Shown here: piece by piece, positions 29,669-38,448 of the stretch
Layout: each line of letters begins with the position of its first letter
How positions within the stretch are numbered: position 1 is the first letter of the stretch
NCBI GenBank assembly: GCA_031272505.1
Contig: JAISTQ010000005.1
Span: 31,572 to 95,571, forward strand
From: Propionibacteriaceae bacterium
Lineage (GTDB): Bacteria > Actinomycetota > Actinomycetes > Propionibacteriales > Propionibacteriaceae
Length of the DNA stretch: 64,000 nt
Direction: 5' to 3'
Program-made: the position numbers and the translations under genes
Notes under the pieces: model-generated
What the model saw: the letters and a program-made list of their open reading frames with translations, nothing else
Database searches by the model: none
What the model was told of the DNA's origin: nothing

Positions 29669-30412
29669 CTAGTCGCGTTGGTACTCGAAGTGCAGCTTTA
29701 CCTTGTCGCCGCGGAACAGCACCTTGGTGTACTCGAAGACGCGGCCGGTCTTGGACGAGTGGGTGTCAGTGAGCAGCAGCAGCGGGAAGCGGCGTTCGAC
29801 GCCGAGCAGCCGGGCTTCAGCGGTGGTGGCCAGCACCGATTCCAGCGTTTCGGTGACGGACGCGCTGGTGAGCTCGAAGTCGTTGGCGAGCACCATGCAG
29901 AGCTGTTCGGCCTCCAAAGAATCACCGGTGAGCGTGGGGGCCAAAGCCTTGGGGACGTAGCTGAGGTGCAGTGAAATCGGGGTGCCTTCGACGTTGCGGA
30001 GCCGCTTGGTGAAGTAGAGCGGCTCGTCGACGGGGACGTCAAAGATGCGGGCGAGCTGGATGTCCGCCTGGATCTCGTGGAACTCGATCAGCGCCGTGGA
30101 GGTGGAGTACCCCATCGACTCCAACTGCTCGCGGATGCCCTGGTAGGCGAGCGGGCCGGTGGGGATCTTCGGCTCGATGACGAAAGTGCCCTTCCCTTGG
30201 ACGCGATGCAGCAGCCCCTCGTTCACCAACTGGGTGACCACCGCGCGGGCCGTCATCCGCGAGATGCCGAACATCCGCGAGAGTTCCAACTCGGAGGGGA
30301 TCATCTGATTCGGCCCGTACACGCCCGAAACAATTTCGGCGCGCAACAACTCTTCGAGCTGCTTGTACAGCGGTTTCGGGCTGTCTTTACGCAGCGGGCC
30401 GGGCTCCGTCAT
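29669..30412 (-). CDS. GntR-family (HutC/UTRA subfamily) transcriptional regulator
   Basis: N-terminal wHTH 'PSELELSRMFGISRMTARAVVTQLVNEGLLHRVQGKGTFV' and a C-terminal UTRA effector domain. Confidence 0.85.
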   Translation of the reverse strand: MTEPGPLRKDSPKPLYKQLEELLRAEIVSGVYGPNQMIPSELELSRMFGISRMTARAVVTQLVNEGLLHRVQGKGTFVIEPKIPTGPLAYQGIREQLESMGYSTSTALIEFHEIQADIQLARIFDVPVDEPLYFTKRLRNVEGTPISLHLSYVPKALAPTLTGDSLEAEQLCMVLANDFELTSASVTETLESVLATTAEARLLGVERRFPLLLLTDTHSSKTGRVFEYTKVLFRGDKVKLHFEYQRD

Positions 30413-30447
30413 GCCTAAATAGTAGCCCCTTCGTCCTAAAAACGCAT

Positions 30448-30496
30448 TTGACAGCGGCGGTGTTTTCTGCCTAGTCTTCTATACAAGTTCTATCAA
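30448..30496 (+). promoter_or_regulatory. Sigma70-like promoter (-35 TTGACA at 30448-53, -10 TAGTCT at 30472-77) overlapped by the direct repeats TTCTATACAA / TTCTATCAA (30477-30496)
   Basis: Perfect -35 hexamer and an 18-bp spacer. The repeats sit at the predicted TSS, between the divergent GntR gene and the rpiB operon. Confidence 0.4.
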
Positions 30497-30529
30497 CGCA
30501 GATGGAGCCCAGCGAGCAAGGAGATTGAC

Positions 30530-30970
30530 ATGCGTCTGGCCTTCGGAGCCGACCCAAACGCCATTGAACTTAAGGATCATTTGCTGGCAACCGCGAAATC
30601 ATTAGGGCACGAATGCGAAGATTATGGCCGCGATGATCCCGTCTATGCCAACGTCGCCATAGATGTGGCCACGGCAGTGGCCTCGGGCAAGTTCGATAGG
30701 GGGGTACTGGTCTGTGGGACGGGTATCGGAGTAGCCATCGCCGCCAACAAGGTGCCGGGAGCGTACGCCGCAAACATCCATGACGTATACCAAGCTGAAC
30801 GCGCACAGCTGAGCAACAACGCCAACATCGTCACCTTTGGCGCACAGGTCATCGGTCCGGTGTTGGCGGCTCGGCTGCTGGAGGCGTATCTTGCCGTCAG
30901 CTACGATCCGAACTCGCGCTCCGCGCCGAAAGTCGGGAGAATCTGCGACTACGAGGCGAACGGGCAATGA
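30530..30970 (+). CDS. rpiB: Ribose-5-phosphate isomerase B (RpiB/LacA/LacB family)
   Basis: 'GVLVCGTGIGVAIAANKVPGAYAA' motif. AAGGAG RBS. Lower GC than the flanking genes. Confidence 0.85.
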   Translation: MRLAFGADPNAIELKDHLLATAKSLGHECEDYGRDDPVYANVAIDVATAVASGKFDRGVLVCGTGIGVAIAANKVPGAYAANIHDVYQAERAQLSNNANIVTFGAQVIGPVLAARLLEAYLAVSYDPNSRSAPKVGRICDYEANGQ

Positions 30971-31836
30971 GCGCCGTCACCGAGTGCCGCTACCGGGCCG
31001 CCAAAGCCCGGCAACATGTGGTAAGGATGGTTCGTTCGTCGGGAGCCGGGCACATGGGCGGGGCGCTCTCCTGCATCGACATGGTCACCGCGCTCTATTT
31101 CCACACCATGCGGCTGCCCGCGCATGACGGGCCCTGGCCGGATGCCGCCACCTACCTGCGCGAAGCCGATCCGGGGCGCGACCGCTTCGTGCTGTCCGCC
31201 GGCCACAAGTGCATGGCCCAGTATGCGGTGCTCGCCGAGGCGGGCTACTTTCCGCTGGAGGTGCTGGACACCTACGGCAAGCTGGGCACCAAGATTCCGG
31301 GCCACCCGGACATGTGGAAGCTGCCCGGCATCGAGGCCAACACCGGGGCGCTCGGCCACGGCACCGCCATCTCGCTGGGCATGGCGCTCGGGCTGCGCGG
31401 CACCGACGCGCGCGTCTTCACCATTTTGGGTGACGGGGAACTCCCCGAAGGCTCGAACTGGGAGGCTTTCGCCGCCGCCGCCCACCATCGGGCCGGGAAT
31501 CTGGTGGCGATCATTGACGTCAACGGGCTGCAGATCTCCGGGCCGGTCACCGAGGTGATGAACATGGAGCCCATCGCCGCCAAGCTGGAGGCCTTCGGGT
31601 GGCAGGTCTGGGAGGTGGACGGCAACGACATGGCGGCAGTCATCGAGTTGTTTGACGCGCTCCCGGTGGGCACCGAAAAGCCGCAGGCGATCATCGCGCG
31701 CACCGTGAAAAGCAAGGGCTTGAGCTTCGCCGAAGGCCGGGTGGAATACCACTACTGGAAGCCGAAGCCGGAGCAGTTGGCGCAAGCGGAGGCGGAGACG
31801 CAAGCCGCCGTGAGCGAAGCGGAGGTGCAGCGATGA
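30967..31836 (+). CDS. Transketolase, N-terminal (TPP-binding) subunit
   Basis: 'GHMGGALSCIDMV' and 'ILGDGELPEGSNWEA' TPP-binding blocks. ATGA overlap with rpiB. Confidence 0.85.
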   Translation: MSAVTECRYRAAKARQHVVRMVRSSGAGHMGGALSCIDMVTALYFHTMRLPAHDGPWPDAATYLREADPGRDRFVLSAGHKCMAQYAVLAEAGYFPLEVLDTYGKLGTKIPGHPDMWKLPGIEANTGALGHGTAISLGMALGLRGTDARVFTILGDGELPEGSNWEAFAAAAHHRAGNLVAIIDVNGLQISGPVTEVMNMEPIAAKLEAFGWQVWEVDGNDMAAVIELFDALPVGTEKPQAIIARTVKSKGLSFAEGRVEYHYWKPKPEQLAQAEAETQAAVSEAEVQR

Positions 31837-32783
31837 GCATCGGAGAGCTGCGCGATCCGCGCAAGACGTTCGGGGCCGCCATCGCCGCCGTCGCCGAGGC
31901 GGACGAGCGCGTCGTCATCCTCTCGGCCGATTCCGGCAAATCCTCGGGGTTCACCGATTTCGCCGCCAAGCACCCGGATCGCTATTTCGAGCTGGGCATC
32001 ATGGAACAATGCGCGACGGGGGTGGCCGCCGGGCTGGCCACCACCGGCAAGATCCCGGTGTTCTGCGCCATCGCCCCGTTCACCGAAGTCCGGCCTTACG
32101 AGATGGTCCGCAACGACGTCGGCTACATGCGCCAAAACGTGAAGATCGCCGGCCGCAACGCGGGCATCTCCTATTCAGATTTGGGCTCCACCCACCATTC
32201 GCTGGAGGATTTCGCGGTGATGCGGATGATTCCGGGGATGACGGTGATCGCCCCGCAGGATCCGACCGAAATCGAGGCGGCCGCCCAGGCGATTCTGGCC
32301 CACCACGGGCCGGTTTACATCCGCTTCGGCAACGATCCGATCCCGGAGCTGTTCGAGCCCGGCGAGTTCGTGATCGGCCAAGCCCGGCTGATCCGCGAGC
32401 TGGCCGCACCAGGCCGTCCCGCCGTCACCATCATCTCCACCGGAGCTTTGACGAACGCGGCGATCGGGGCAGCCGAACTTTTGGATGCCGCGGGCATCGA
32501 CGTCGAATTGTTGGGAATGCCGACCATCTGGCCGGTTGACGGCGCCGCGGTGCGGGCGTCGGCGGCGAAGACCAAGCGCGTCTTCACCGTCGAGGAACAT
32601 TATGTGCTTGGAGGGTTGGGTACTATCGTTCAGGAAGTCCTGGACGGGACGGGCGTGTCGGTTACCAAGCTGGGGATACCGCATGAATATGCGACATCGG
32701 GGCCGTATCTGCAAATCCTATCCAGCTACGGGCTGGATGCTGAAGGGATAACCGAAGCCATACAAAGGAGTATCAATGGTTGA
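31833..32783 (+). CDS. Transketolase, C-terminal (pyrimidine-binding) subunit
   Basis: 'GIMEQCATGVAAGLATTGKIPVF' and 'GSTHHSLEDFAVMRMIPGMTVIAP'. ATGA overlap with the N-terminal subunit. Confidence 0.85.
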   Translation: MSIGELRDPRKTFGAAIAAVAEADERVVILSADSGKSSGFTDFAAKHPDRYFELGIMEQCATGVAAGLATTGKIPVFCAIAPFTEVRPYEMVRNDVGYMRQNVKIAGRNAGISYSDLGSTHHSLEDFAVMRMIPGMTVIAPQDPTEIEAAAQAILAHHGPVYIRFGNDPIPELFEPGEFVIGQARLIRELAAPGRPAVTIISTGALTNAAIGAAELLDAAGIDVELLGMPTIWPVDGAAVRASAAKTKRVFTVEEHYVLGGLGTIVQEVLDGTGVSVTKLGIPHEYATSGPYLQILSSYGLDAEGITEAIQRSING

Positions 32784-33495
32784 TCTATCCAAACTGGACA
32801 AGTGGGCGCTGGGCAAGTGTTTTGACCACAGCGTGCTGCCGAAGCAGACCACCGAGGCGGACATCCGCGCCGGGTGCCAGGAGGCCGTCAAATACAACTG
32901 CGCCGCCTTCTATTCGGCCTCCCCTTACTGGACCCCAGTCGTCGTTGAAGAGTTGGCCGGGACGGACGTCCACGTGGCCACCGGGATCGGCTTCCCGTTC
33001 GGTTGCCAGCCGGGCAAGGTGAAGGCCTTGGAGACCGAGATGGCCGTGCAGGCGGGTTGCACCGCGGTGGACACCGTCATCAACCAGGGCGCGTTGAAGT
33101 CGCGCCGGTTGGCCGAGTTCAAGCAGGATCTGGCGGATTACAAGGACGCCGCCGGGGACGCGTTGACGAAGGTCATCCTGGACACCTGCTTCCTCACCGA
33201 CGAGGAGATCGTGATCGCCTGCGAGACCATCGCCGAGCTGGGCTTCGACTATGCGAAGACTTCCACCGGCCAGTTCGAGGGGCCGACGATGGAGCAGTTC
33301 CTCTTGATGAAAAAGACGCTGGAAGGCACCGGCATCAAGCTGAAGGTCGCCGGGGTGAAGTTCCCGCGCCCGCAGAACGCCTACTGCTTCCTCGCCGCCG
33401 GCGCCGACCTGATCGGCACCCGCGCGGCCGTCGCCATCATCGACGCGCTGGATCAGATGCGCGAGATCGGGATCGTCCCGCCGTACAATCCGTAG
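32776..33495 (+). CDS. DeoC/LacD-family aldolase (deoxyribose-phosphate aldolase-like)
   Basis: 'KVILDTCFLTDEEI' and Schiff-base-Lys context 'FDYAKTSTGQ'. AAGGAG RBS. Confidence 0.7.
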   Translation: MVDLSKLDKWALGKCFDHSVLPKQTTEADIRAGCQEAVKYNCAAFYSASPYWTPVVVEELAGTDVHVATGIGFPFGCQPGKVKALETEMAVQAGCTAVDTVINQGALKSRRLAEFKQDLADYKDAAGDALTKVILDTCFLTDEEIVIACETIAELGFDYAKTSTGQFEGPTMEQFLLMKKTLEGTGIKLKVAGVKFPRPQNAYCFLAAGADLIGTRAAVAIIDALDQMREIGIVPPYNP

Positions 33496-33542
33496 TCTCC
33501 GCCGTCATCGCGGGCCAGCCGAGATGACCGGAAAGTGAACTC

Positions 33543-34178
33543 ATGACATATGACCTGATCATCCTGGATCTGGATGGGACTATCGCCCATACGCTGCCAG
33601 GCATCGCCCACGCCGCCGCGCAAGTGATGGCGCAGTTGGGCTATGCCGCGCCAGATCCGGATTCCGTGCAGTCAAAGGTGGGCGGGGGCGCCCGCAAGCT
33701 GTTCGAGCGGCTGTTCGCCGACGTGGACGATCCGCCGGTCGACGCGGCCACCGAGCGCTTTCTCGCCTACTACAACGCGCACGCCGAAGCGGGCACCACC
33801 CTCTACCCGGATGTCGTGGAGACGCTGGAGCGCCTGCACGGCACCACCAAGCTGGCGGTATGCACGGCCAAAGCCCGCCCGGCCACGCTTCGGATCTTCG
33901 AGCACTTCGACATCCTGAAGTACTTCGATCTTGTCGTCGCCATGGACGACATGCAAAAACCGAAACCAGATCCGGGCGGAGTCGCCACGATTTTGCAAAA
34001 ACTGGACGTTGACAAGCAAAAATGCCTCTATGTGGGAGACTCTTCCACAGACTTGCAGACCGCGCTCAACGCAGAGGTGGATTGCTGGATCGTCGATTAC
34101 GGCTATGGCTTCGACAAGGCACTGGCCTTGGGCGGCTACCGCAAAATCATCTCCGGTTTCGCCGAGATACACAACTGA
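33543..34178 (+). CDS. HAD-superfamily phosphatase (phosphoglycolate/sugar-phosphatase type)
   Basis: 'LIILDLDGTI' motif I, 'KPKPDP' and 'YVGDSSTDLQ' motifs III/IV. Confidence 0.8.
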   Translation: MTYDLIILDLDGTIAHTLPGIAHAAAQVMAQLGYAAPDPDSVQSKVGGGARKLFERLFADVDDPPVDAATERFLAYYNAHAEAGTTLYPDVVETLERLHGTTKLAVCTAKARPATLRIFEHFDILKYFDLVVAMDDMQKPKPDPGGVATILQKLDVDKQKCLYVGDSSTDLQTALNAEVDCWIVDYGYGFDKALALGGYRKIISGFAEIHN

Positions 34179-34249
34179 ATATCCCATCAACCGTCCACCA
34201 ACGCCGGTGGATGCTATAGCCCACCAACGGAGGTGGGCAAGGAAGGAAA

Positions 34250-35809
34250 ATGATGAGCAGTTACGTTGTCGGCATCGACGTCGGCACCACTGGTTCCAAG
34301 GCGATGGTCTTCGACCTGAGCGGAAACATCATCGGTAAGGGCTATCGCGAGTACAAGCTCGATGAGCCGAAGCCAAACTGGGTGGAAGTCGGGGCGCAAT
34401 TCATCCTCGACATCACCTTCGAGGCGGTCCAGGAAGCGGTCGCGGATTCCCAGGTGGATCCGGCCGACATCAAGTCCATCTCGTTCTCGGTGAATCGCTC
34501 CAGCTTCTGCTTGTTCGACGAGGACATGAACGTCATCGACGACAAGATGATCGTCTGGCTTGATTCCCGCGCCGAATCGGTGATGGAAGAGATGAACGCC
34601 AAGATCTCCCCGGAGCGTCGCAACGAGATCACCGGGATGCCCGGCTACAACATCTTCGCCGCGGCCAAGTACTACTGGGTGAAGGTCAACGAGCCGGAGA
34701 CGTACGCCAAGACGAAGTATTTCGCCTCGGTGGATTCGCTGGCGATGTGGGGCTTCGGGTCTGACGAATTCGTCGCCGAGACGTCGAACGCCTCAGTGAC
34801 CGGCCTGCTGGACGTGCGCACCCTGGATTGGTCGGACGAGCTGTGCGAGGCTTTGGACTTCGACAAGGCGAAGTTCCCCAAGCTGGTCGCTCCCGGCTCG
34901 GTCGTCGGCGAAGTGAAGGCCGAGGTGGCCGCGAAGACGGGCCTGGCCGTGGGCACCAAGATTGTGGCCGGTTCGGGCGATCAGCAGTTGGCCGCCATGG
35001 GCGCGGGCGTCATCAAGGACGGCGCCGCCTCGCTCACCATCGGCACCTTCGGGCTGCTGGCGGTCGGACTGGCCCAGCCTGATTTCGCCTCGTTGACGGG
35101 CATGATGATCCCGTCGTCGCCGGTGCTCGGCGTGTTCGAGGTCGAGGGCCCGCAGGTTTCCGGCGCCACCTGCTACCGCTGGGCGCGCGACACGCTCTGC
35201 CAGGCGGAAGTGGCTGAGGGTGAGGAAACCGGCGTCGATCCGTACGTGCTGATGGAGCAGAACTACATCTCGCAGTCGGTTCCCGGCGCGAACGGCGTGA
35301 TCTTCTATTCGGCGCTCTTCGGCTCCGGCTATCCCACCTGGGATACCAACGCCACCGGCATGTTCCTGGGGCTGCGCAACACGCACACCAAGGCAGACAT
35401 GATCCGTTCCGTGATGGAGGGCATCACCATTGAGGCCCGGCACATCCTGGATTCGATGCTGTCAGCCGGCGTGCAGATGGAAGACGTGATCACCCTCACC
35501 GGTGGCGCGTCGAAGTCCGCGGGCTGGTGCCAGATCGTGGCGGATGTCTTCGGTTTGAAGATCCGCACTTTGGACGTCCCCGACGCGGCAGTGCTCGGCG
35601 CAGCTGGCCTGGCCGCCGTCGGCGCGGGGTTGTACGCGAACGTCGGCGAAGTGGTGGCCAACATGGTCCGCTTCGACAAGGTCTACGAGCCCATCGAGGC
35701 CAACGTCGCCACGTACAACGCCACGTTCGAAGCCTACAAGGCCGCCTATTACGGCCTGAAGGAGAAGGACGTCTTCACTCAACTCGCAGAGCTGCGTCCC
35801 GCTGAGTGA
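34250..35809 (+). CDS. FGGY-family carbohydrate kinase (xylulokinase/ribulokinase-like)
   Basis: 'YVVGIDVGTTGSKAMVFD' and C-terminal 'LTGGASKSAGWCQIVADVFG'. Confidence 0.85.
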   Translation: MMSSYVVGIDVGTTGSKAMVFDLSGNIIGKGYREYKLDEPKPNWVEVGAQFILDITFEAVQEAVADSQVDPADIKSISFSVNRSSFCLFDEDMNVIDDKMIVWLDSRAESVMEEMNAKISPERRNEITGMPGYNIFAAAKYYWVKVNEPETYAKTKYFASVDSLAMWGFGSDEFVAETSNASVTGLLDVRTLDWSDELCEALDFDKAKFPKLVAPGSVVGEVKAEVAAKTGLAVGTKIVAGSGDQQLAAMGAGVIKDGAASLTIGTFGLLAVGLAQPDFASLTGMMIPSSPVLGVFEVEGPQVSGATCYRWARDTLCQAEVAEGEETGVDPYVLMEQNYISQSVPGANGVIFYSALFGSGYPTWDTNATGMFLGLRNTHTKADMIRSVMEGITIEARHILDSMLSAGVQMEDVITLTGGASKSAGWCQIVADVFGLKIRTLDVPDAAVLGAAGLAAVGAGLYANVGEVVANMVRFDKVYEPIEANVATYNATFEAYKAAYYGLKEKDVFTQLAELRPAE

Positions 35810-35892
35810 GCCAACACACAACTGAATACCAAACCATCATCCGGCTTGGGCACAGTGCTGTGCCCAGCCGGCACCTAAACGAAAGGTAAATA

Positions 35893-36507
35893 ATGACATT
35901 CGTAGGACAACTACTGATGTGGGCAGTTCCGGTTGGCTTCTTGGCGCTGGTCTGCCAGGTAATCGATCAGCTGATCTTGAAGGTCGGCGGGATCGGCCCG
36001 TGGAAGGCGGGCGGCGGCTGGGTCATGTTCCAGACGTGGGCTTTGTGGTTCCTGGTCTATTACATGCTGGGCGGGGCGAGCGCGTATGATGCGGGGAAAT
36101 CACCGGGCAACCTCACGGTCATCGTGATGGGATTCTGCGGTTACATCGTGGGTATCATCGCGGCCATCTGCATCTTTGAGCTGGCAGGGCTCATCGGCAA
36201 GGTGACCGCCTTCTGGTCAGTGCCGATTGCGCTGTTCGTGGTCTGCATCCCGGCCCTGTATTGGGGCTGGAGCGTGAACCCGATCGGCATCAACCCGGCA
36301 CTGTTCCTCGGCGCAGCGACATTCTTCTGCGCAATGAGCTATTTCGGCGACCGTGAAGGCGCCTTCAAGCCGGACACCGGTAAATGGGCACGGTATGGGC
36401 AAACAGCCCTTGGCGAGCTGGTGTTCTGCGCTATTGGCCTCCCGTGCGGCTGGCTGACCCTCGCTCTGGGCGAAGGTCTGATGGCCTGGTGCGGCGTCGC
36501 TGGATAG
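35893..36507 (+). CDS. Hypothetical integral membrane protein (5-6 TM), DUF1097-like?
   Basis: Hydrophobic 204 aa with no recognisable catalytic motif. Lower GC. Confidence 0.5.
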   Translation: MTFVGQLLMWAVPVGFLALVCQVIDQLILKVGGIGPWKAGGGWVMFQTWALWFLVYYMLGGASAYDAGKSPGNLTVIVMGFCGYIVGIIAAICIFELAGLIGKVTAFWSVPIALFVVCIPALYWGWSVNPIGINPALFLGAATFFCAMSYFGDREGAFKPDTGKWARYGQTALGELVFCAIGLPCGWLTLALGEGLMAWCGVAG

Positions 36508-36582
36508 TTCTCGATGCGCTGCCTCTCGGGGTACTCGCCCCTGAGGGGCAGCGCGTCGCCAAACACACAAGAAAGGAAAATC

Positions 36583-37530
36583 ATGAGATACGCAACCTTT
36601 GGCCGCACCGGCCTGGAGCTTTCCAAGATTGCCATCGGCACTTGGGGCATCGGTGGGGCTGGCTGGGGTGGCCAGAAGGAAGAGGATTCCATCGCGGCCA
36701 TCCAGGCGATGTTGGAAGCGGGCGTCAATTTCATCGACACCGCCCCTATCTATGGCTATGGCGAAGCGGAGAAAGTGATCGGCAAGGCCCTGGCGGGCGT
36801 GGATCGCTCCAAGCTGGCCATCGCCACCAAGTTCGGCGTCACCTGGCCGGAAGGCCCGGAGGCCGGTGTGCTGGTCCAGAACGGCTCGCGCGACAACATC
36901 ATGCGCGAGCTGGAGCTCTCTTTGACGTCGCTGGGCACCGATTACCTGGACGTCTACATGCAGCACTGGCCGGACGTGGACACCAAGGCTCCCGCCTCGG
37001 AGACTTTTGGCACCCTGCAGGAGTTGAAGGAGCAGGGCGTGATCAAGCACGTCGGCGTCTCCAACTCCAATCCCGAGCTGATCGCCGCCGCGAACGAGTA
37101 CACCGACGTCGAGGTGTTGCAGGTGCAGCACTCGATGCTGGAGCGCTCGAACGAGGAGCTGATGGGCTGGGCAATCGCGAACGGCATGGCCGTCATGGCC
37201 TGGGCGCCGCTCGCGGCTGGAATGCTCACGGGCAAATACCGGGGCCAGCCGCCGACCTTCGGCGCGGACGATTGGCGCACGCTGTTCTATCCGTTCTTCA
37301 AAGAGCCGGAATGGTCGCGCGCGCAGCAGATTCTGAAGACTCTCGATGAGATCGCCATCGCCCATGACACGCAGGTATCGGCGGTGGCCATCAACTGGAG
37401 CGCGCAGCATCCGCTTGTTTCCACGGCGCTGGTAGGCGTTCGTAACCAGCAGCAAGGCGAAGAGAATGCTGCCGCCCTCACTTGGGAGCTGACGCCAGCC
37501 GAGATCGCGAAGATCAACGCTGCCCTTTAA
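36583..37530 (+). CDS. Aldo/keto reductase
   Basis: 'MRYATFGRTGLELSKIAIGTWGIGG...DTAPIYGYGEAE' AKR signatures. GGAAAGGAAAA RBS. The ORF track begins earlier at 36514. Confidence 0.85.
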   Translation: MRYATFGRTGLELSKIAIGTWGIGGAGWGGQKEEDSIAAIQAMLEAGVNFIDTAPIYGYGEAEKVIGKALAGVDRSKLAIATKFGVTWPEGPEAGVLVQNGSRDNIMRELELSLTSLGTDYLDVYMQHWPDVDTKAPASETFGTLQELKEQGVIKHVGVSNSNPELIAAANEYTDVEVLQVQHSMLERSNEELMGWAIANGMAVMAWAPLAAGMLTGKYRGQPPTFGADDWRTLFYPFFKEPEWSRAQQILKTLDEIAIAHDTQVSAVAINWSAQHPLVSTALVGVRNQQQGEENAAALTWELTPAEIAKINAAL

Positions 37531-37563
37531 GCAAGCCCAGCCCGCACCAGTACAATCGGGTGC

Positions 37564-38391
37564 GTGCGCAGAGTTTGGTTGATCCTCGCGAGTGTGCCGC
37601 TGTTGGCCGCTTGCGCGCAGGTGTACCCCGCCAGCCCGGCACCGGCTCCGAGCGTCAGCCCAAGTGCAACACCGACGGTGGTGGTTCCCAGTGTGGAGCC
37701 ATCACCGTCGGTCTCTTTCACGGTGGAGCCAGTGACGCCCACCCCAATCCCTTCCGTCACGCCGACTCCTTCCGTCACCCCCACTCCCACCCCCAGTGAA
37801 ACTCCCAGCGGCGAGCCCACGCCCGACACCCGCGAGGGTAAAGAACTGGACGAGCCGTACACCGTCAACGGCATCATCTTGATCAACAAGCAGCACCCGG
37901 TCTCGAAAAACTACGTGCCCGACGAAATCACCAAGCAAGGTTTGACGCCGGAGGCCGACAAGGCCGTCACCAAACTCATGAAAGCCGCCCGGGCCGACGG
38001 GATCACTATCAAGATCCGCGAATCGTACCGCTCGTATGCGACCCAGAAGACCATCTACAACCGGGCCTTAAAGACCTATGAGACCGAGGAATTGGCGAAG
38101 CGCTACAACGCGGCGCCGGGCAAGAGCGAGCACCAATCCGGCCTTGCGGTGGATTTCTGGGACGGCAAGCTGCGCGGCCAGGGCATCGCGAAGACGGCGC
38201 TGGGCAAATGGCTGTGGAAGCACTCCTGGGAATATGGGTACATCCTGCGCTACCCGCCGGATGACAAGGAGAAGATCACCGGCTACATCTATGAGCCGTG
38301 GCATTTCCGCTATGTCGGCGTGGAGGTCGCCAAGGAATTCGGGGCGAACAGCACGCTCACCCTCGAAGAGTATCTGGGCGTGTTGGATTAA
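37564..38391 (+). CDS. Lipoprotein, M15 family D-alanyl-D-alanine carboxypeptidase (VanY-like)
   Basis: Lipobox 'LLAACAQ', a Pro/Thr/Ser linker, and 'SEHQSGLAVDF' with 'EPWHFRYVG' zinc-binding motifs of VanY/M15B. Confidence 0.8.
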   Translation: MRRVWLILASVPLLAACAQVYPASPAPAPSVSPSATPTVVVPSVEPSPSVSFTVEPVTPTPIPSVTPTPSVTPTPTPSETPSGEPTPDTREGKELDEPYTVNGIILINKQHPVSKNYVPDEITKQGLTPEADKAVTKLMKAARADGITIKIRESYRSYATQKTIYNRALKTYETEELAKRYNAAPGKSEHQSGLAVDFWDGKLRGQGIAKTALGKWLWKHSWEYGYILRYPPDDKEKITGYIYEPWHFRYVGVEVAKEFGANSTLTLEEYLGVLD

Positions 38392-38398
38392 AGAGAAA

Positions 38399-38420
38399 CC
38401 CCTGATCTTCCGACCAGGGG
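38399..38420. terminator. Hairpin CCCCTG-(10 nt)-CAGGGG between convergent genes
   Basis: 6-bp GC stem between the peptidase stop (38391) and the dhaK stop (38449). Confidence 0.35.
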
Positions 38421-38448
38421 CCCTCTAGTTAATAGTTTTTACTTGTGT

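Noticed and set aside
36217-37455. 412-aa minus-strand ORF and 36384-37349 plus-strand ORF
   Set aside because: Overlap the aldo/keto reductase in other frames; composition artefacts.
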